From: an uncultured delta proteobacterium
Lineage (GTDB): Bacteria > Myxococcota > Kuafuiibacteriia > Kuafuiibacteriales > Kuafuiibacteriaceae
Direction of reading: 5' to 3'
Assembly: GCA_963803435.1 (NCBI GenBank)
Contig: CAWDML010000005.1
Span: forward strand, 320,001 to 384,000
Length of the DNA: 64,000 nucleotides
In this document: positions 30,492 to 44,817 of the stretch, in pieces
How the letters are laid out: every line of letters starts with the position of its first letter
Position numbering within the stretch: the first letter of the stretch is position 1
Program-made: the position numbers and the translations under genes
The notes under the pieces: model-generated
Database searches by the model: none
Told to the model about the DNA's origin: nothing
What the model saw: the letters and a program-made list of their open reading frames with translations, nothing else

Positions 30492-32622
30492 ATGTCGAAC
30501 CGGCGTAGATCCGAGCGATTCACGGTCGCTCTTCCTGTGACGCTAAAGGACGGGAAGGGAGGCGAGCTGACGAAGACGGCTAACGTCTCCGCACACGGCC
30601 TCGCCCTCTTCACGGCCAGCCCGCGCCCGCTCCGCCAGTACCTCGAGCTCGACATCACGCTCCCCGACAACTCGGTCCCGATCAGTATCACCGCTGTGGT
30701 CGCACGGCACGCGGACCGCCTCGAATCTCGGCAACGGGACCCGGGGCGCGGGGCTGGGGCTCGACTTCTTCCTCTTCGACGCACGCGCGAAGCAGGCCTG
30801 GACCACGTTTCTCTCCGACCTCCGTAAGAAGGGCGTGGAGCTGATCGCACCGATCCCACCCGCGCCGCCGAACGTGCTCGAGGCGGTCTTCGACGACACG
30901 CCGACCTTCATCATCAAGCCCCGCGACCTGGGCCGCCTGTGGGCGTTCTATCGGGGGGAGATGACCAAGGGACGCGTGCGGATCGAGACACCGATCCTCA
31001 AGCCGGTCGGGACGCGCGTCGAGCTCCTGGTCGTCCATCCCAGCTCTCAGGCCGAGTGGGTGCTCGAAGGGAGCATCGCCACCACCAACCAGAACGCCCG
31101 TGGCGGCCGGCCGGTCCTCGAGATCGAGCTCGACCATCTGGGCACCGAGCTCAAGGCCGAGTTCCGGAACTTCGTCGCCACCGGGCGCGGCATGATCGAG
31201 GAAGACATCTCGATGAGCATGGAGGTGCCGAGCGCGATCCCCAGCGCGGTGCCCACGTCGGGCCCGTCCGTCCGCCCGGTCAACCTCGACGCCGAGGACG
31301 TGGAGATGCCGCCCACCGTGTTGGCCGAGCCCTCGAACCCGCCGGAGCGGCCCATCGAGGAGGAGGAGTTCCGGTACGAGTCGGTCGTGATCGATCTCGA
31401 CAACCTGGGCGAGGAGGAGCTCCGCTCCGGGATCATCGATCCACCCCCGCCCCTCGAGCCGGACGAGGAAGCGACGCTCGATCGCGATCCCGATCCGCAA
31501 CCTCCGGTGCTTCGCACGTTCCAGGAGGACGACGAGGCCTCGGAGCCGACGCTGGAGCCGCACCTGCCCGAGGTCCGCGCCGATCCGATCCTGCGCGACG
31601 GCCTGGCCCTGGCGCAGCTCGAGCTCCAGCCCCTGCCCGAGCTTCCGCCCGGGTCCCAGCCGCGGCTCACGAACGAGCACCTGTTCTCTGCGTTCTTCGA
31701 AGAGGCGGCCATCGCCGAGGAGGAGCGGCGCTCGCTGGTACCGGCGCCCGCCTCGATCCGGCTCGATCGCCCGCTGCCCCTGCAGAAGCCGATCTCCTCG
31801 TCGGGGCCCGTCGTGATTGACGACCTGGTGGCGCCCAAGACCGGCATCCGTCCCATGCCCTCCAACGGACAGTCGCTCCGCGCCATGCCGCCGGAGCTCC
31901 CCGCGGGCCGGCCGCCGCCCCCGCCGCCCCTCCCCACCGGCGACGAGCCCTTCGCGCCGCTCTCGGTGGACCCCGAGATGGTGGTGGTCCGGGGGGCACC
32001 CGCGGGCGACGAGCCGATCGGCTTCGGATCCGACCCGCAATTCGGCGAGGTGGCGCCCTCGGTCCGGGGCGTCGAGCACGACGACGTGGCGCAGAACCCG
32101 CCGGTGCCGCCGGGGACGATGTTCGAGTACGACTCGGCCCAAGCGCAGGCCGAGTCGCCGGTGCTGGTGCGGAGCGCCTCGAGGCGACCGCCGCCCCTCC
32201 CGCCCTCGGCGCGTCGCCGTGCGATCAAGGAGACCGCCGGCGTGGTGACGCCGATGACGCACCACCAGACGATGTCGACGGAGGGCACCAATCCCGACCT
32301 CGATCGCGACATCGCGCTGGCGCGCGCCCGCATGGTGCGCAGCCCCAACAGCGTGACCGCCTGCTACCGGCTGAGCACGCTCTTGATGAGACGCGGGGAC
32401 CGCGACAACTTCGACGACGCGCTCAACACGCTCCTTCGCGTGATGGAGATGGAGCCGAACCACCCGGGCGCCCACCACAAGCTGGCCGAGGTGTTCGCGC
32501 GGCGCGGCGAATACGTGCAGGCCTCCGAGCATCTCTCGCGGGCGCGACGCCTCGGATATCGGACGGATCCGGATCTCGAGGTCGTGGTGGCGAACGGCGT
32601 CAAGCGTTTCGATCGAACCTGA
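30492..32622 (+). CDS. PilZ-domain protein with acidic/Pro-rich linker and C-terminal TPR, apparent +1 frameshift near 30725
   Basis: RRSERF and NVSAHG PilZ motifs; continues GAGLGLDFF into ORF 30835..32622; TPR MEPNHPGAHHKLA. Confidence 0.75.
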
Positions 32623-32624
32623 TC

Positions 32625-33083
32625 TCAGGGGCAGCCGACGCCGCCGTTGACGGTGGCGCCGTTGAAGTCGACGCCGGTGGCGCCAGTGCAGTTCGGAGAC
32701 TGGAGATCCGCGCCGCCCCAGGTGGATCCCGTCAGGTCGGCGTTGAAGAAGTTCGGCGAGAAGAGATCGGCCTCGGTGAAGACGGCGCTGCGGAGATCGG
32801 CGCCCGAGAAGTTGGGGCTCCTCAGGTCGGCGGATCCGAAGTCGGCCATCATCAGCCGGGCGCCGCTGAAGTTGCCCGAGTCGATGTCTGCGTTGCCGAA
32901 GTCGACCCCCTCGAGGTTGGCGTCCTGGAAGTTCGGGCTGAAGAGGTTGATCTCGGCGAGCGAGCAGCCCGTGAGATCCCGACCGGAGTAGTTCGGCGCG
33001 GCGCTGTCGGTCGGGCATCCTCCTCCGCAGCCGTAGGCGCCGCCGAAGGCAGGGAGAAGAGAGAGCGCAAGGAAGAGCTTCAT
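32625..33083 (-). CDS. Pentapeptide-repeat lipoprotein
   Basis: MKLFLALSLL..AYGC; repeats ADLRS/PNFSG/ANLEG. Confidence 0.85.
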   Translation of the reverse strand: MKLFLALSLLPAFGGAYGCGGGCPTDSAAPNYSGRDLTGCSLAEINLFSPNFQDANLEGVDFGNADIDSGNFSGARLMMADFGSADLRSPNFSGADLRSAVFTEADLFSPNFFNADLTGSTWGGADLQSPNCTGATGVDFNGATVNGGVGCP

Positions 33084-33156
33084 GGAAGAGATACGAGCGC
33101 TGGGAGCCGACCGTGACTCGGGTGACGTCCGTCTCCTGTGCGGTCGGCTGAGCAGG

Positions 33157-33951
33157 CTACGGCGGGACCGCGCGGGCGAAGCCCTGGATGATCGAGAACG
33201 CACCGAGCCGGCGGAGGAGCGGCCATGTTCCCAGGGCCCGATCGATCCGATCCGGAAACGAGGTCGCGACGCCGGCGGCGCGGATCTCGCGGACGTCGAC
33301 GAAGCGCCGGATCGCGCGTGCGAAGGCGACCGGGTCGCGGAGATAGATCTCGGTGTCGTGGCCCTCGAGCTCCAGGCTCATGGCGAACGCGCGCCGGGGG
33401 AACAGGAGCGGGGTCAGCGCGCGCAGCGGCCGGCGGCGGATCTGCTCCAGAGCGGCGGCCCGCGGGAGGGCAAGCCAGAGCGGGCCGCCGGGGCGGAGGA
33501 TCCGGACGAAGCGCTCGATCAGCGCCGCTCCGTCGCGGTTGAAGGTGAGCGGCCCGTTGACGGTGACCAGGGCGTCGAAGCGCCCGAGCGGGCGGAGGTC
33601 GGCGGTCGCGTCGATCCACTGCACGGTGATGTCGACGCCGGCCTCGGCGGCGCGCCGCTCCGTGTGCTCGAGCATGCGCTCGGAGACGTCGGCGGCGATC
33701 ACGCGGACCCCGCGGCGGGCCAGCTCGATCGCGAGTGTGCCGGGGCCGCAGCCGAGCTCGATCAGGCGCGCCTCTTTGGGGAGCGTGCGCGCGATCTCCT
33801 CGATGAGATGGGAGAAGGCGCGGCTGTTGAGCGCCGAGGTGCTCGCCTGCGCCTCGTATCGCTCGGCCATGTCTCCGTAGATCCGGCCGAGCGCCTCGGG
33901 CGGGAGCGGCGCGCGCCTCGAGCGCCGAACGATGGGCGCCCGCTCCGTCAC
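33157..33951 (-). CDS. Class I SAM-dependent methyltransferase
   Basis: LIELGCGPG, ADVSERML and LRPGG motifs; GTG overlaps the mgtE stop. Confidence 0.8.
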   Translation of the reverse strand: MTERAPIVRRSRRAPLPPEALGRIYGDMAERYEAQASTSALNSRAFSHLIEEIARTLPKEARLIELGCGPGTLAIELARRGVRVIAADVSERMLEHTERRAAEAGVDITVQWIDATADLRPLGRFDALVTVNGPLTFNRDGAALIERFVRILRPGGPLWLALPRAAALEQIRRRPLRALTPLLFPRRAFAMSLELEGHDTEIYLRDPVAFARAIRRFVDVREIRAAGVATSFPDRIDRALGTWPLLRRLGAFSIIQGFARAVPP

Positions 33952-35300
33952 GAGGGCTGTCCGAGGATCAGGAGCGAAACGAGCATGTAGACGACCACGC
34001 CGAGGACGTCGTTGATCGAGGCGATCAGCGGTCCTGCGGCGATGGCCGGATCGATCCCGAAGCGCTTCAGAATGGGTGGCTCGCAGGAGCCGAGCAGGCT
34101 GGCCGCGCCCATCGAACAGCCGAGCGCGACGCCGACGCACACGCCCAGGAGCGGCACGCCCTGCCAGAGCGCGATGATCGCGGCGGCGGCCCCTCCGCAG
34201 GCGAGCCCCATCAGCGAGGCCACCGCGACGTCCTTGAAGATGTGCTGGGCGAGCTTCCCCTTTTCGATGTGTCCGACCGCCAGGCCTCGGATCATGATCA
34301 TCGCGGACTGGAAGCCGACGATACCGCTCGCCCCTGTCACCATCGGGACGAAGGCCAAGAGGATCACCGCCGTCTTCAGGTGGACGGCGGCGCGCGCGAG
34401 CACCCAGGCGGCCACGAGGCCGGCCACCAGCGTCGATCCCATCCAGGGGAGGCGCCGGCGGAGGATCTTCCGGATCTTGTCGGTGTAGATGACCTCCGGC
34501 TCGGCCCCGGCGCCGGCGATCTTGAGCATGTCCTCCTCGGCTTCCTCCATCAGGACGTCGTGCACGTCGTCGGCGGTGATCCGACCGATCAGGCGCCGCT
34601 CGGCGCGATCGACCACGCCCAGCTCGACCAGGCTGTACCGGTTGAAGATTCGCGCCACCTCCTCCTGATCGACGTCGGGGGTCACCTCGGCGAGCTTCGG
34701 CTCCATCACGTCCTCGACGGGTGTCTCCGGCGCCGACAGCACCAAGTCCTGGAGCGCGAGGTGACCCGCGTAGCGACCCACGTCGTCGACGACGAAGACG
34801 CTGATGATGTCGACCTCCTTCGCCGCCTCCCGGACCGCCTTCATCGCGGCGCCGATCGTGGTGGAGATCGCGACGGTGACCAGCTCGGTCTGCATGATCC
34901 CGCCCGCGCTCGCCGGGTCGTACTCGAGGAGCCGCGCCACCTCTTCTCGCTCCTCACGCGGGAGCGTGGCGAGGAGCGCCTTGGCTGTCTTCTCGTCGAC
35001 CTCCTGGAGCAGATCGGTGACGTCGTCGGTCTCCATCTCGCCGACGATCGGCGCCAGGTCCTGGGGACGGACCAGCCTCAGGATCCGCTCCTGTTCTTCG
35101 GCGTCGAGCTCCGAGAGGAGGTTGGCGGCCCGCTCCGGGTCGAGGTGCTTGAGGATCGCCTTCGCGGTCTCGGCCGTCACGTCGTCGACGAGCTCGGCCA
35201 GGTCGGCCGGGTGCAGGAGCAACAAGAACGTGCGCAGCTCGTCTTCCCGCCCCGGACGCGTGAGCAGCTCGAGCTCATCGACGTCTTCCTGACGCTCCAT
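33948..35300 (-). CDS. mgtE: Magnesium transporter MgtE
   Basis: HPADLAE N-domain, SAGGIM CBS pair, RRRLPW, IDPAIAAGPLIASINDV. Confidence 0.95.
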   Translation of the reverse strand: MERQEDVDELELLTRPGREDELRTFLLLLHPADLAELVDDVTAETAKAILKHLDPERAANLLSELDAEEQERILRLVRPQDLAPIVGEMETDDVTDLLQEVDEKTAKALLATLPREEREEVARLLEYDPASAGGIMQTELVTVAISTTIGAAMKAVREAAKEVDIISVFVVDDVGRYAGHLALQDLVLSAPETPVEDVMEPKLAEVTPDVDQEEVARIFNRYSLVELGVVDRAERRLIGRITADDVHDVLMEEAEEDMLKIAGAGAEPEVIYTDKIRKILRRRLPWMGSTLVAGLVAAWVLARAAVHLKTAVILLAFVPMVTGASGIVGFQSAMIMIRGLAVGHIEKGKLAQHIFKDVAVASLMGLACGGAAAAIIALWQGVPLLGVCVGVALGCSMGAASLLGSCEPPILKRFGIDPAIAAGPLIASINDVLGVVVYMLVSLLILGQPS

Positions 35301-35380
35301 CCCCACCCCGCCCGTATCCAGCGCCCCCGGGCAGGTCAAGGGGGTTGCCGGCAGAGCGCCGATGTCTGATAGCTTGGGGG

Positions 35381-36802
<1,422 letters not shown>

Positions 36803-36824
36803 GTCGCCGCGCGCGGCCGAGCCT

Positions 36825-37772
36825 TTGCGCTTGATCGGTCATGTTCGCGCGGCGCGGCGGCGCGCGCGCGTCCTGGCTGTCGCCGAGGCGGTGGCGGTGC
36901 TCGAGCCCTTCGGCGCGCGGGCGGTGCCGGGAGGTCCGCTCGCCGATCAGCCCGGCGTGCTCTGGGTCGAGGTCGAAGGGGAGATCGAGGACGGCGCGAT
37001 CCGGCAGCGCGTCGAGCGCCTCGGGTACGTGGAGCGCGTCGAGCGCGTGGCGCTGGGCGAGCCGGGGCGGGGCTCGGCCAGGGGACGCACCTGGCGCAAG
37101 CGCCCGTTCTACCTGGAGGAGATCTGGACCGACTCGAAGGAGGCGCACCGGGCGGCGGCGCCGGATCGACGGGCGTTTCTCTTGCCCGACGCGGGCGGCG
37201 AGGTGCGGGCGGTGACCGGCTATCGCGGCAGCGGTGGGCGAGGGGAGCGCCGGGCGCTCCCGGTGGCGGACGCTCGGCTGCTGGTGAACCTGGCCCGCGC
37301 GGACCTTGATCGCGTGCTGCTGGATCCGTTCGCCGGTGCGGGCGGGATCGTATTCGAGTCGACGCGGCTGGGCGCGAGGGTCTTCAGCGTCGACGTCGAT
37401 CCGATCCTGCGGCCGGGCCTCGAAGCATTCGGGGCCGAGCACACGGTGGGCGATGCGCGCGCGCTGCCGTTTCCCGATGCCTCGGTCCACGGCGTGGCCA
37501 CCGAGCCGCCCTTCGACGCCGAATCGGACGCGGTCCTCGCGGAGGCGATCCGAGAGATCGCGCGCGTCCTGGTCCCGGGCGGCCGGGCGGCCCTGATGAT
37601 CGCCGAGCGACAGCGGATCGTCGTGGAGCGCGCCGGTGAAGCGGCTGCGCTCGAGATCGAGCTGGCCCACGACGTCGACCGCAAGGGAACCCGCGCGGCG
37701 GTGGTGGTGCTGCGACGGCGGCGGGAAGGCCTCGGACCCGCTGGCGGTCGGGGAGAGTCATGCGGAGCCTGA
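36825..37772 (+). CDS. Putative RNA methyltransferase (TRM11/UPF0020-like)
   Basis: LLDPFAGAGGI, GDARALPF and TEPPF motifs. Confidence 0.75.
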   Translation: MRLIGHVRAARRRARVLAVAEAVAVLEPFGARAVPGGPLADQPGVLWVEVEGEIEDGAIRQRVERLGYVERVERVALGEPGRGSARGRTWRKRPFYLEEIWTDSKEAHRAAAPDRRAFLLPDAGGEVRAVTGYRGSGGRGERRALPVADARLLVNLARADLDRVLLDPFAGAGGIVFESTRLGARVFSVDVDPILRPGLEAFGAEHTVGDARALPFPDASVHGVATEPPFDAESDAVLAEAIREIARVLVPGGRAALMIAERQRIVVERAGEAAALEIELAHDVDRKGTRAAVVVLRRRREGLGPAGGRGESCGA

Positions 37773-37965
37773 CTGTCGGGCGTCGGATCGCGGTCGTCAC
37801 GACGCGCGATGACAGGACTGACTCTCCGCACGACACACGCGCGCTGCACGCTGGCATCGCCGACGCTGGCGTCCCCCGACCTTTCCGCCGGCCCGGCACT
37901 GAGGTCCTTCCTCTCCACACCTCGCGGCCATGTTCCTCTGCCAGGATCGCTGTATCATCCCCGCC

Positions 37966-38656
37966 ATGGGATTGTTTGGTAGCAGCAGCAGCAGCAGCAA
38001 GAAGGGTGAGACCAACGACGTCCAGCCGACGCCCGAGCCCGCACCGGCGCGTCCGAGCAGACCGCCGGAGCCACAGGCCGAGAAGCCGCAGAAAGACGGC
38101 TACGGGATCGATCAGCTGGTGCAGCTGATGCGACGGCTCCCGTCTGACAACATCGAGCTGGTGGTCCGCGTCCTCAAGGAGACGCTCGAGTCGGTGAAGA
38201 TCGCCGTCCCTCGACTCATCAAGGAGGCGGAGAAGCGCGCGTCGGATCTCACGTCCGGGATCTCCGATCACCGTCGTGCGATCACGAAGCTCGAGGAAGA
38301 GCTCGCCGCCAAGCAGAAGTCGATCGAGGAGGAGATCGCCGCCAAGAAGAAGGCGATCGAGGAGCTCGAGGCCGCCCATCAAGAGGTGAGCGTGGTGAAG
38401 GAGCGGCTGAACCTCGGCCTGCGTCTGGACGCTCCGTCGGTCACGGGGGTCCCCAAGCCCGCCCCCACCCCCGCGTCCGCCCCTACACCCCCGCTGTCGT
38501 CGGATTCTGAAGGCTGGCCCGCCCCCACCGGCGCCTCCCCCCGAGCTGAGGCCGCCGATGCCGGCGGAGACCAAGGCCTCCCCTCTCCCGGGACTGGGGA
38601 CGCTCAAGACCACGCCGATCGTCGAGAAGAACCTCTCGGAGAAGAAGCCCAGCTGA
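37966..38656 (+). CDS. Coiled-coil hypothetical protein, apparent +1 frameshift near 38505
   Basis: MGLFGSSSSSSKK; coiled coil; removing one T at GATTC gives a Pro-rich tail ending EKKPS* at 38656 and removes the overlap with the next gene. Confidence 0.65.
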
Positions 38657-38698
38657 GCCCCAAAGATCCGGGTCTTCCTTCAGTAGATCCGGCTCGAC

Positions 38699-40902
<2,204 letters not shown>

Positions 40903-40983
40903 TCGCTGGTGATACTGACTCTCGAGCGCCCGTCTTTTTTTTGGTGGGAAGGAGCCCCGGCCTTCGTCGTACACTGATCTCCC

Positions 40984-41085
40984 ATGGACAACGGACGCGC
41001 GACGAAGTGGCTGATCTATCTCGGAGTTCTCGTGGGAGTGAACATCCTCAGCTACGTCCTGGACTGGGGCTTCTGGATCTATTGA
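40984..41085 (+). CDS. Small hydrophobic protein (33 aa)
   Basis: MDNGRATKWLIYLGVLVGVNILSYVLDWGFWIY*; TACACT 8 nt upstream; stop overlaps the TTG of the next gene. Confidence 0.6.
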   Translation: MDNGRATKWLIYLGVLVGVNILSYVLDWGFWIY

Positions 41086-41681
41086 GCTCGCGCTTCGAAC
41101 GCCTGTTCGACCTGGCGCTCGGCGTCTCGATCGTCGGGTGGGGAGCCGCGGCCCTCCTCCACGCACCCACGCTCGCTCCGGTGCGGATCGCGATCGTCGC
41201 GGTCAACCTCGCCGTCGGCGCGCTCGTCGCCTTTCGGCGCGCTCCGGACCGGGGCGCCACCTTCTTCCAGATCGCCCTGGCCCTCCCGGCGGTGGCGGCC
41301 GGCGGGGTGGCCCTCTTACTGGCGCCGCCGCCCGAGTCGTGGCCACCGCCCGCCGCGATCATGGTGGTCGCCGGCGCGCTCTTCACGCTGGTCGCGTTCG
41401 CCTTCCTCGGCCGGAGCTTCGCCGTGTTCCCGTCGCGACGTCGGATCGTCGTGCATGGACCGTACGCGCTCCTTCGACACCCGGCCTACCTCGGGGAGCT
41501 CACGATGGTCTCCGGCGCGCTGCTGGCCGCCGGACCGGTGATCGCTGCGTGCTCCCTCCCGACCGTGGTCTTCCTCCTCGTGCTCCGTATCCGGGCCGAA
41601 GAGTCACTCTTGTCGGAGTGTGAGGCCTACCAGACGTACGCCGCGGACGTTCGCTGGCGCTTGCTGCCGCTCGTCTGGTGA
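41082..41681 (+). CDS. Isoprenylcysteine carboxyl methyltransferase/PEMT-family membrane protein
   Basis: LGRSF, GPYALLRHPAYLG, RIRAEE and Y..Y....RWRLLP motifs. Confidence 0.85.
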   Translation: MSSRFERLFDLALGVSIVGWGAAALLHAPTLAPVRIAIVAVNLAVGALVAFRRAPDRGATFFQIALALPAVAAGGVALLLAPPPESWPPPAAIMVVAGALFTLVAFAFLGRSFAVFPSRRRIVVHGPYALLRHPAYLGELTMVSGALLAAGPVIAACSLPTVVFLLVLRIRAEESLLSECEAYQTYAADVRWRLLPLVW

Positions 41682-42956
41682 TCAGCGGTCGTACCACCAG
41701 AACCCGACCATCAACGAGATCAGCGCGAGCAGGACGAGGAGCAACGCCGCACGCCAGCCCGGCGTGCGCGGCGGTGGCGGCGTCACTCGTGTGGCCACCT
41801 GGGCCTCGAGCGCGGCGGGCCGCTGCGGTATCGAAACCGTGTCCTCGGGACGCACGGGCTCGATGGTGGTCTCGCTCTCGTCGAGATCGCGCCTCGGCGG
41901 CTCGAACGGTCGCGCGATCTCGGTGAGGTCCCCCATATCGTCGTCGTCGTCGAGGAAGTCGTCGCTGGCGGTTCGAAGGTCGAGGGCGGTCTCGGAGTCG
42001 CGCGCGTCCGCGTCGAGGACCTCGCGAGCCAGGACCTGAAGCTGGATCTGCGGCGAGAGATCGTCACCGATCTCGGCGCGGAGCATGGCTTCCATCTCCC
42101 GCGCCGTGGCGAAACGCTTGTTGGGATCGATCGACAGCGCGCGGCGCGCGATCGCCGAGAGCTGGCGCGAAACGTTCGGGTTGGCCGAGCGGGCCTCGGG
42201 AGCCGGCTCCTCGCTGATCGCGAGCGCGGTGGCGAGCGGGTTGGATCGATCGAACAACCGCCGCCCGGTGATCGCCTCCCAGAGCACGATCCCGATGGAG
42301 AAAACGTCCGAGCGCCGGTCGAGGGAGGCCCCGCGGATCTGCTCCGGCGACATGTATCCGTCCTTTCCTCTGAGCTCGCCGGGCTCCTCACTCCGCGTGT
42401 CGATCGCCGCGTGCGCGATCCCGAAGTCGAGCAGCTGCACCTTTCCGTCGAACGTCACGAAGATGTTCTGCGGAGACACGTCCCGGTGGACGATACCGAG
42501 GTGCGCACCGTCTTCGTTGCACGCTTCGTGTGCGTGGTGGAGGCCCGCGCACGCCTCCGCGACGATCCAGGCCATCAGTCCCACCGGGAGCGCGCGCCCG
42601 CGCAGCCGCTTCGACAGCACGTCGAGCGGAGCGCCCTTGAGGTAGCGCGTGGCCAAGAACGGGATCCCGTCCTCGCTGCCGTAGCGCAGGATCTCGCAGA
42701 CGTTCGGGTGATGGAGGCGGGAGAGGAGCTCCGCCTCATGCAAGAACATGTGCGCGATCTCCCCGGCCTCGATGAGATGGGGGTGCAGGCACTTGAGCGC
42801 CACCCACTCGAAGCCGTCGTGCAGCCGCTTCCGGCCGAGATAGACACTCGCCGTGCCGCCGACACCGAGCCGCTCGACGAGCGTGTACTCGCCGAACGTC
42901 CTGGGCAGCTCCCTCACCGCCGGCCAAAGATGCCCCCTTTCCCGCGCCGCGACCAT
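41682..42956 (-). CDS. Ser/Thr protein kinase with C-terminal TM
   Basis: GVGGTASVY, HRDVSPQN, DFG, GKDGYMSPE. Confidence 0.92.
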   Translation of the reverse strand: MVAARERGHLWPAVRELPRTFGEYTLVERLGVGGTASVYLGRKRLHDGFEWVALKCLHPHLIEAGEIAHMFLHEAELLSRLHHPNVCEILRYGSEDGIPFLATRYLKGAPLDVLSKRLRGRALPVGLMAWIVAEACAGLHHAHEACNEDGAHLGIVHRDVSPQNIFVTFDGKVQLLDFGIAHAAIDTRSEEPGELRGKDGYMSPEQIRGASLDRRSDVFSIGIVLWEAITGRRLFDRSNPLATALAISEEPAPEARSANPNVSRQLSAIARRALSIDPNKRFATAREMEAMLRAEIGDDLSPQIQLQVLAREVLDADARDSETALDLRTASDDFLDDDDDMGDLTEIARPFEPPRRDLDESETTIEPVRPEDTVSIPQRPAALEAQVATRVTPPPPRTPGWRAALLLVLLALISLMVGFWWYDR

Positions 42957-42999
42957 CCCTCGGCGGCCCTTCGTGCTATAGGAGCGTTGACCACACGCC

Positions 43000-44817
43000 A
43001 TGGACAGGGTTCGCGGTCGAATCAGCGTTCACGTGCGCGGCTTCGGGTTCTTGACACTCGACGACGGGCGCTCCGCCTTCGTCGCGCCTCCGGATCTCAA
43101 CCCGCTCCTCGCCGACGATCTGGCCAGCGCCGAGTTGGTGGAGGCTGGCGGCCGGCTCTCGGCAAAGCAGCTGCAGCTGGAGGTGCGCAGCCGCACCGAG
43201 CTGATCGGTGAGGTGGTGGCGAGGAGGGGGCGTCTCTGGCTCCAGGTCGATCGGACGATCGCCAACACGGACTGGCCGCTCCGGCCCGACGGACATGACC
43301 TCGAGGAGGGGAGCTGGTGGGTGGCGTGCGTCGACGGAGATGCGCTCATTCCCGACCATGTCGTCGCGCCGGCCGAGCTCTCGCTGGAGCGCGTCCTGGT
43401 GCGCCACGGGATCCGGGCCCGCTTCCCGCCCGACTGTCAATCCAGCCTGCCGAAGCTCAGCAAGAAGACGTTCGCCGGGCGTCGCGATCTCACCGACCTG
43501 ACGACGGTCACGATCGACGCCCCGGTCTCGAAGGACCTCGATGACGCACTGGCGATCCTCCCCGCGGATCCCGACGGCGGGCTCCGCCTGTTCGTCAGCA
43601 TCGCGGACGTCGACTCGCTGGTCCCCGAGGGGAGCGCGGCCGACGCGGAGGCCCGGCTGCGCGGCACCAGCACGTACCTCGCGGGCGCCGTCATCCCGAT
43701 GCTCCCCCGGGAGCTGAGCGAGCAGGAGCTCAGCCTGCTGCCCGGCATCGACCGACCTGCGATCACCGCGGAGCTGCGGATCGATCCCGAAGGCGCCATC
43801 ACCGCGGTCGATCTCTATGCGAGCCGCATCCGCTCCGCGCAGCGTCTCGACTACGACACGGTGGCGGCGTTCCTCGACCAGAGCGCCACCGCCGATCTAC
43901 CGGCGCCGGTGCTCACCACGCTCCGCTGGCTCCGCACGGCGGCGGCCCGCATCGGGGCGGTGCGGGCGGCCCGCGGCGGGGTCCGCTTCCTGCGCGAGGA
44001 GGCCCATGTCACCGTCGATCGCGATACCCAGGAGCCGACCGCCATCGACGCGCGACCTTCGACCAGCGCCCACACGCTCGTGGAGCGTTTGATGGTCGCC
44101 GCCAACGAGGCCGTCGGTCGCTGGCTGGTCGAGCGCGGTCTTCCCGGGATGTTCCGGGTCCATCCGGAGCCCGACGCCGAGCGCGCGCGCGCCCTGGCGG
44201 ACCTCGCCCACAACTTCGGCTTCGAGCTCGGGCTCGGCGAGCAGCTCACGCCGCGCGGGCTGGCGGCCCTCGAGGCCCAGTTCGCGGGCAACGCGGTCGA
44301 GCCGGCGATGCGTGAGGCGCTCTCGCGTGTCCTGGGGCCGGCGCGGTACACGTCGAGGTCAGGCCTGCACTTCGGGTTGGCCGCGCCCATCTATCTCCAC
44401 TTTACCTCGCCGATCCGGCGCTACGCGGATCTGGTGGTCCACCGCGTCGTCAAGCGCTTTCTCGAGGGTCGCCGCGATCAGCGCGCCAACGATCCCTCGT
44501 TCGAAGCGCTGGCCGTCCACCTCAACGATCGCGCGCGCCGCTCCGCCAAGGCGGAGACCGAGCGCCTTCGCATGATGGCCGCCCGCTGGTTCGCGTCGAA
44601 GGTCGGCGATCGCTACGCCGCCAACGTCGTCGCGATCAAGCCGTTCGGTCTGGTGGTCCAGCTCCGCGGCGCCGGCGTCACCGGGAGCGTGCCTGCCGAG
44701 TCGCTGCCCGACCGGAGGTTCATGGTGGGCGAGGAGCTCGAGGTGATCGTCGAGGGGACGGACGAAGCGCTCGGGCGGATCGATCTGCGGATGGCGCAGA
44801 AGCATCCGGGGCGATGA
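43000..44817 (+). CDS. RNB-domain (RNase R/II family) 3'-5' exoribonuclease
   Basis: GFGF cold-shock motif, TIDAPVSKDLDDAL, HFGLA..YLHFTSPIRRYADL, C-terminal S1. Confidence 0.92.
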   Translation: MDRVRGRISVHVRGFGFLTLDDGRSAFVAPPDLNPLLADDLASAELVEAGGRLSAKQLQLEVRSRTELIGEVVARRGRLWLQVDRTIANTDWPLRPDGHDLEEGSWWVACVDGDALIPDHVVAPAELSLERVLVRHGIRARFPPDCQSSLPKLSKKTFAGRRDLTDLTTVTIDAPVSKDLDDALAILPADPDGGLRLFVSIADVDSLVPEGSAADAEARLRGTSTYLAGAVIPMLPRELSEQELSLLPGIDRPAITAELRIDPEGAITAVDLYASRIRSAQRLDYDTVAAFLDQSATADLPAPVLTTLRWLRTAAARIGAVRAARGGVRFLREEAHVTVDRDTQEPTAIDARPSTSAHTLVERLMVAANEAVGRWLVERGLPGMFRVHPEPDAERARALADLAHNFGFELGLGEQLTPRGLAALEAQFAGNAVEPAMREALSRVLGPARYTSRSGLHFGLAAPIYLHFTSPIRRYADLVVHRVVKRFLEGRRDQRANDPSFEALAVHLNDRARRSAKAETERLRMMAARWFASKVGDRYAANVVAIKPFGLVVQLRGAGVTGSVPAESLPDRRFMVGEELEVIVEGTDEALGRIDLRMAQKHPGR

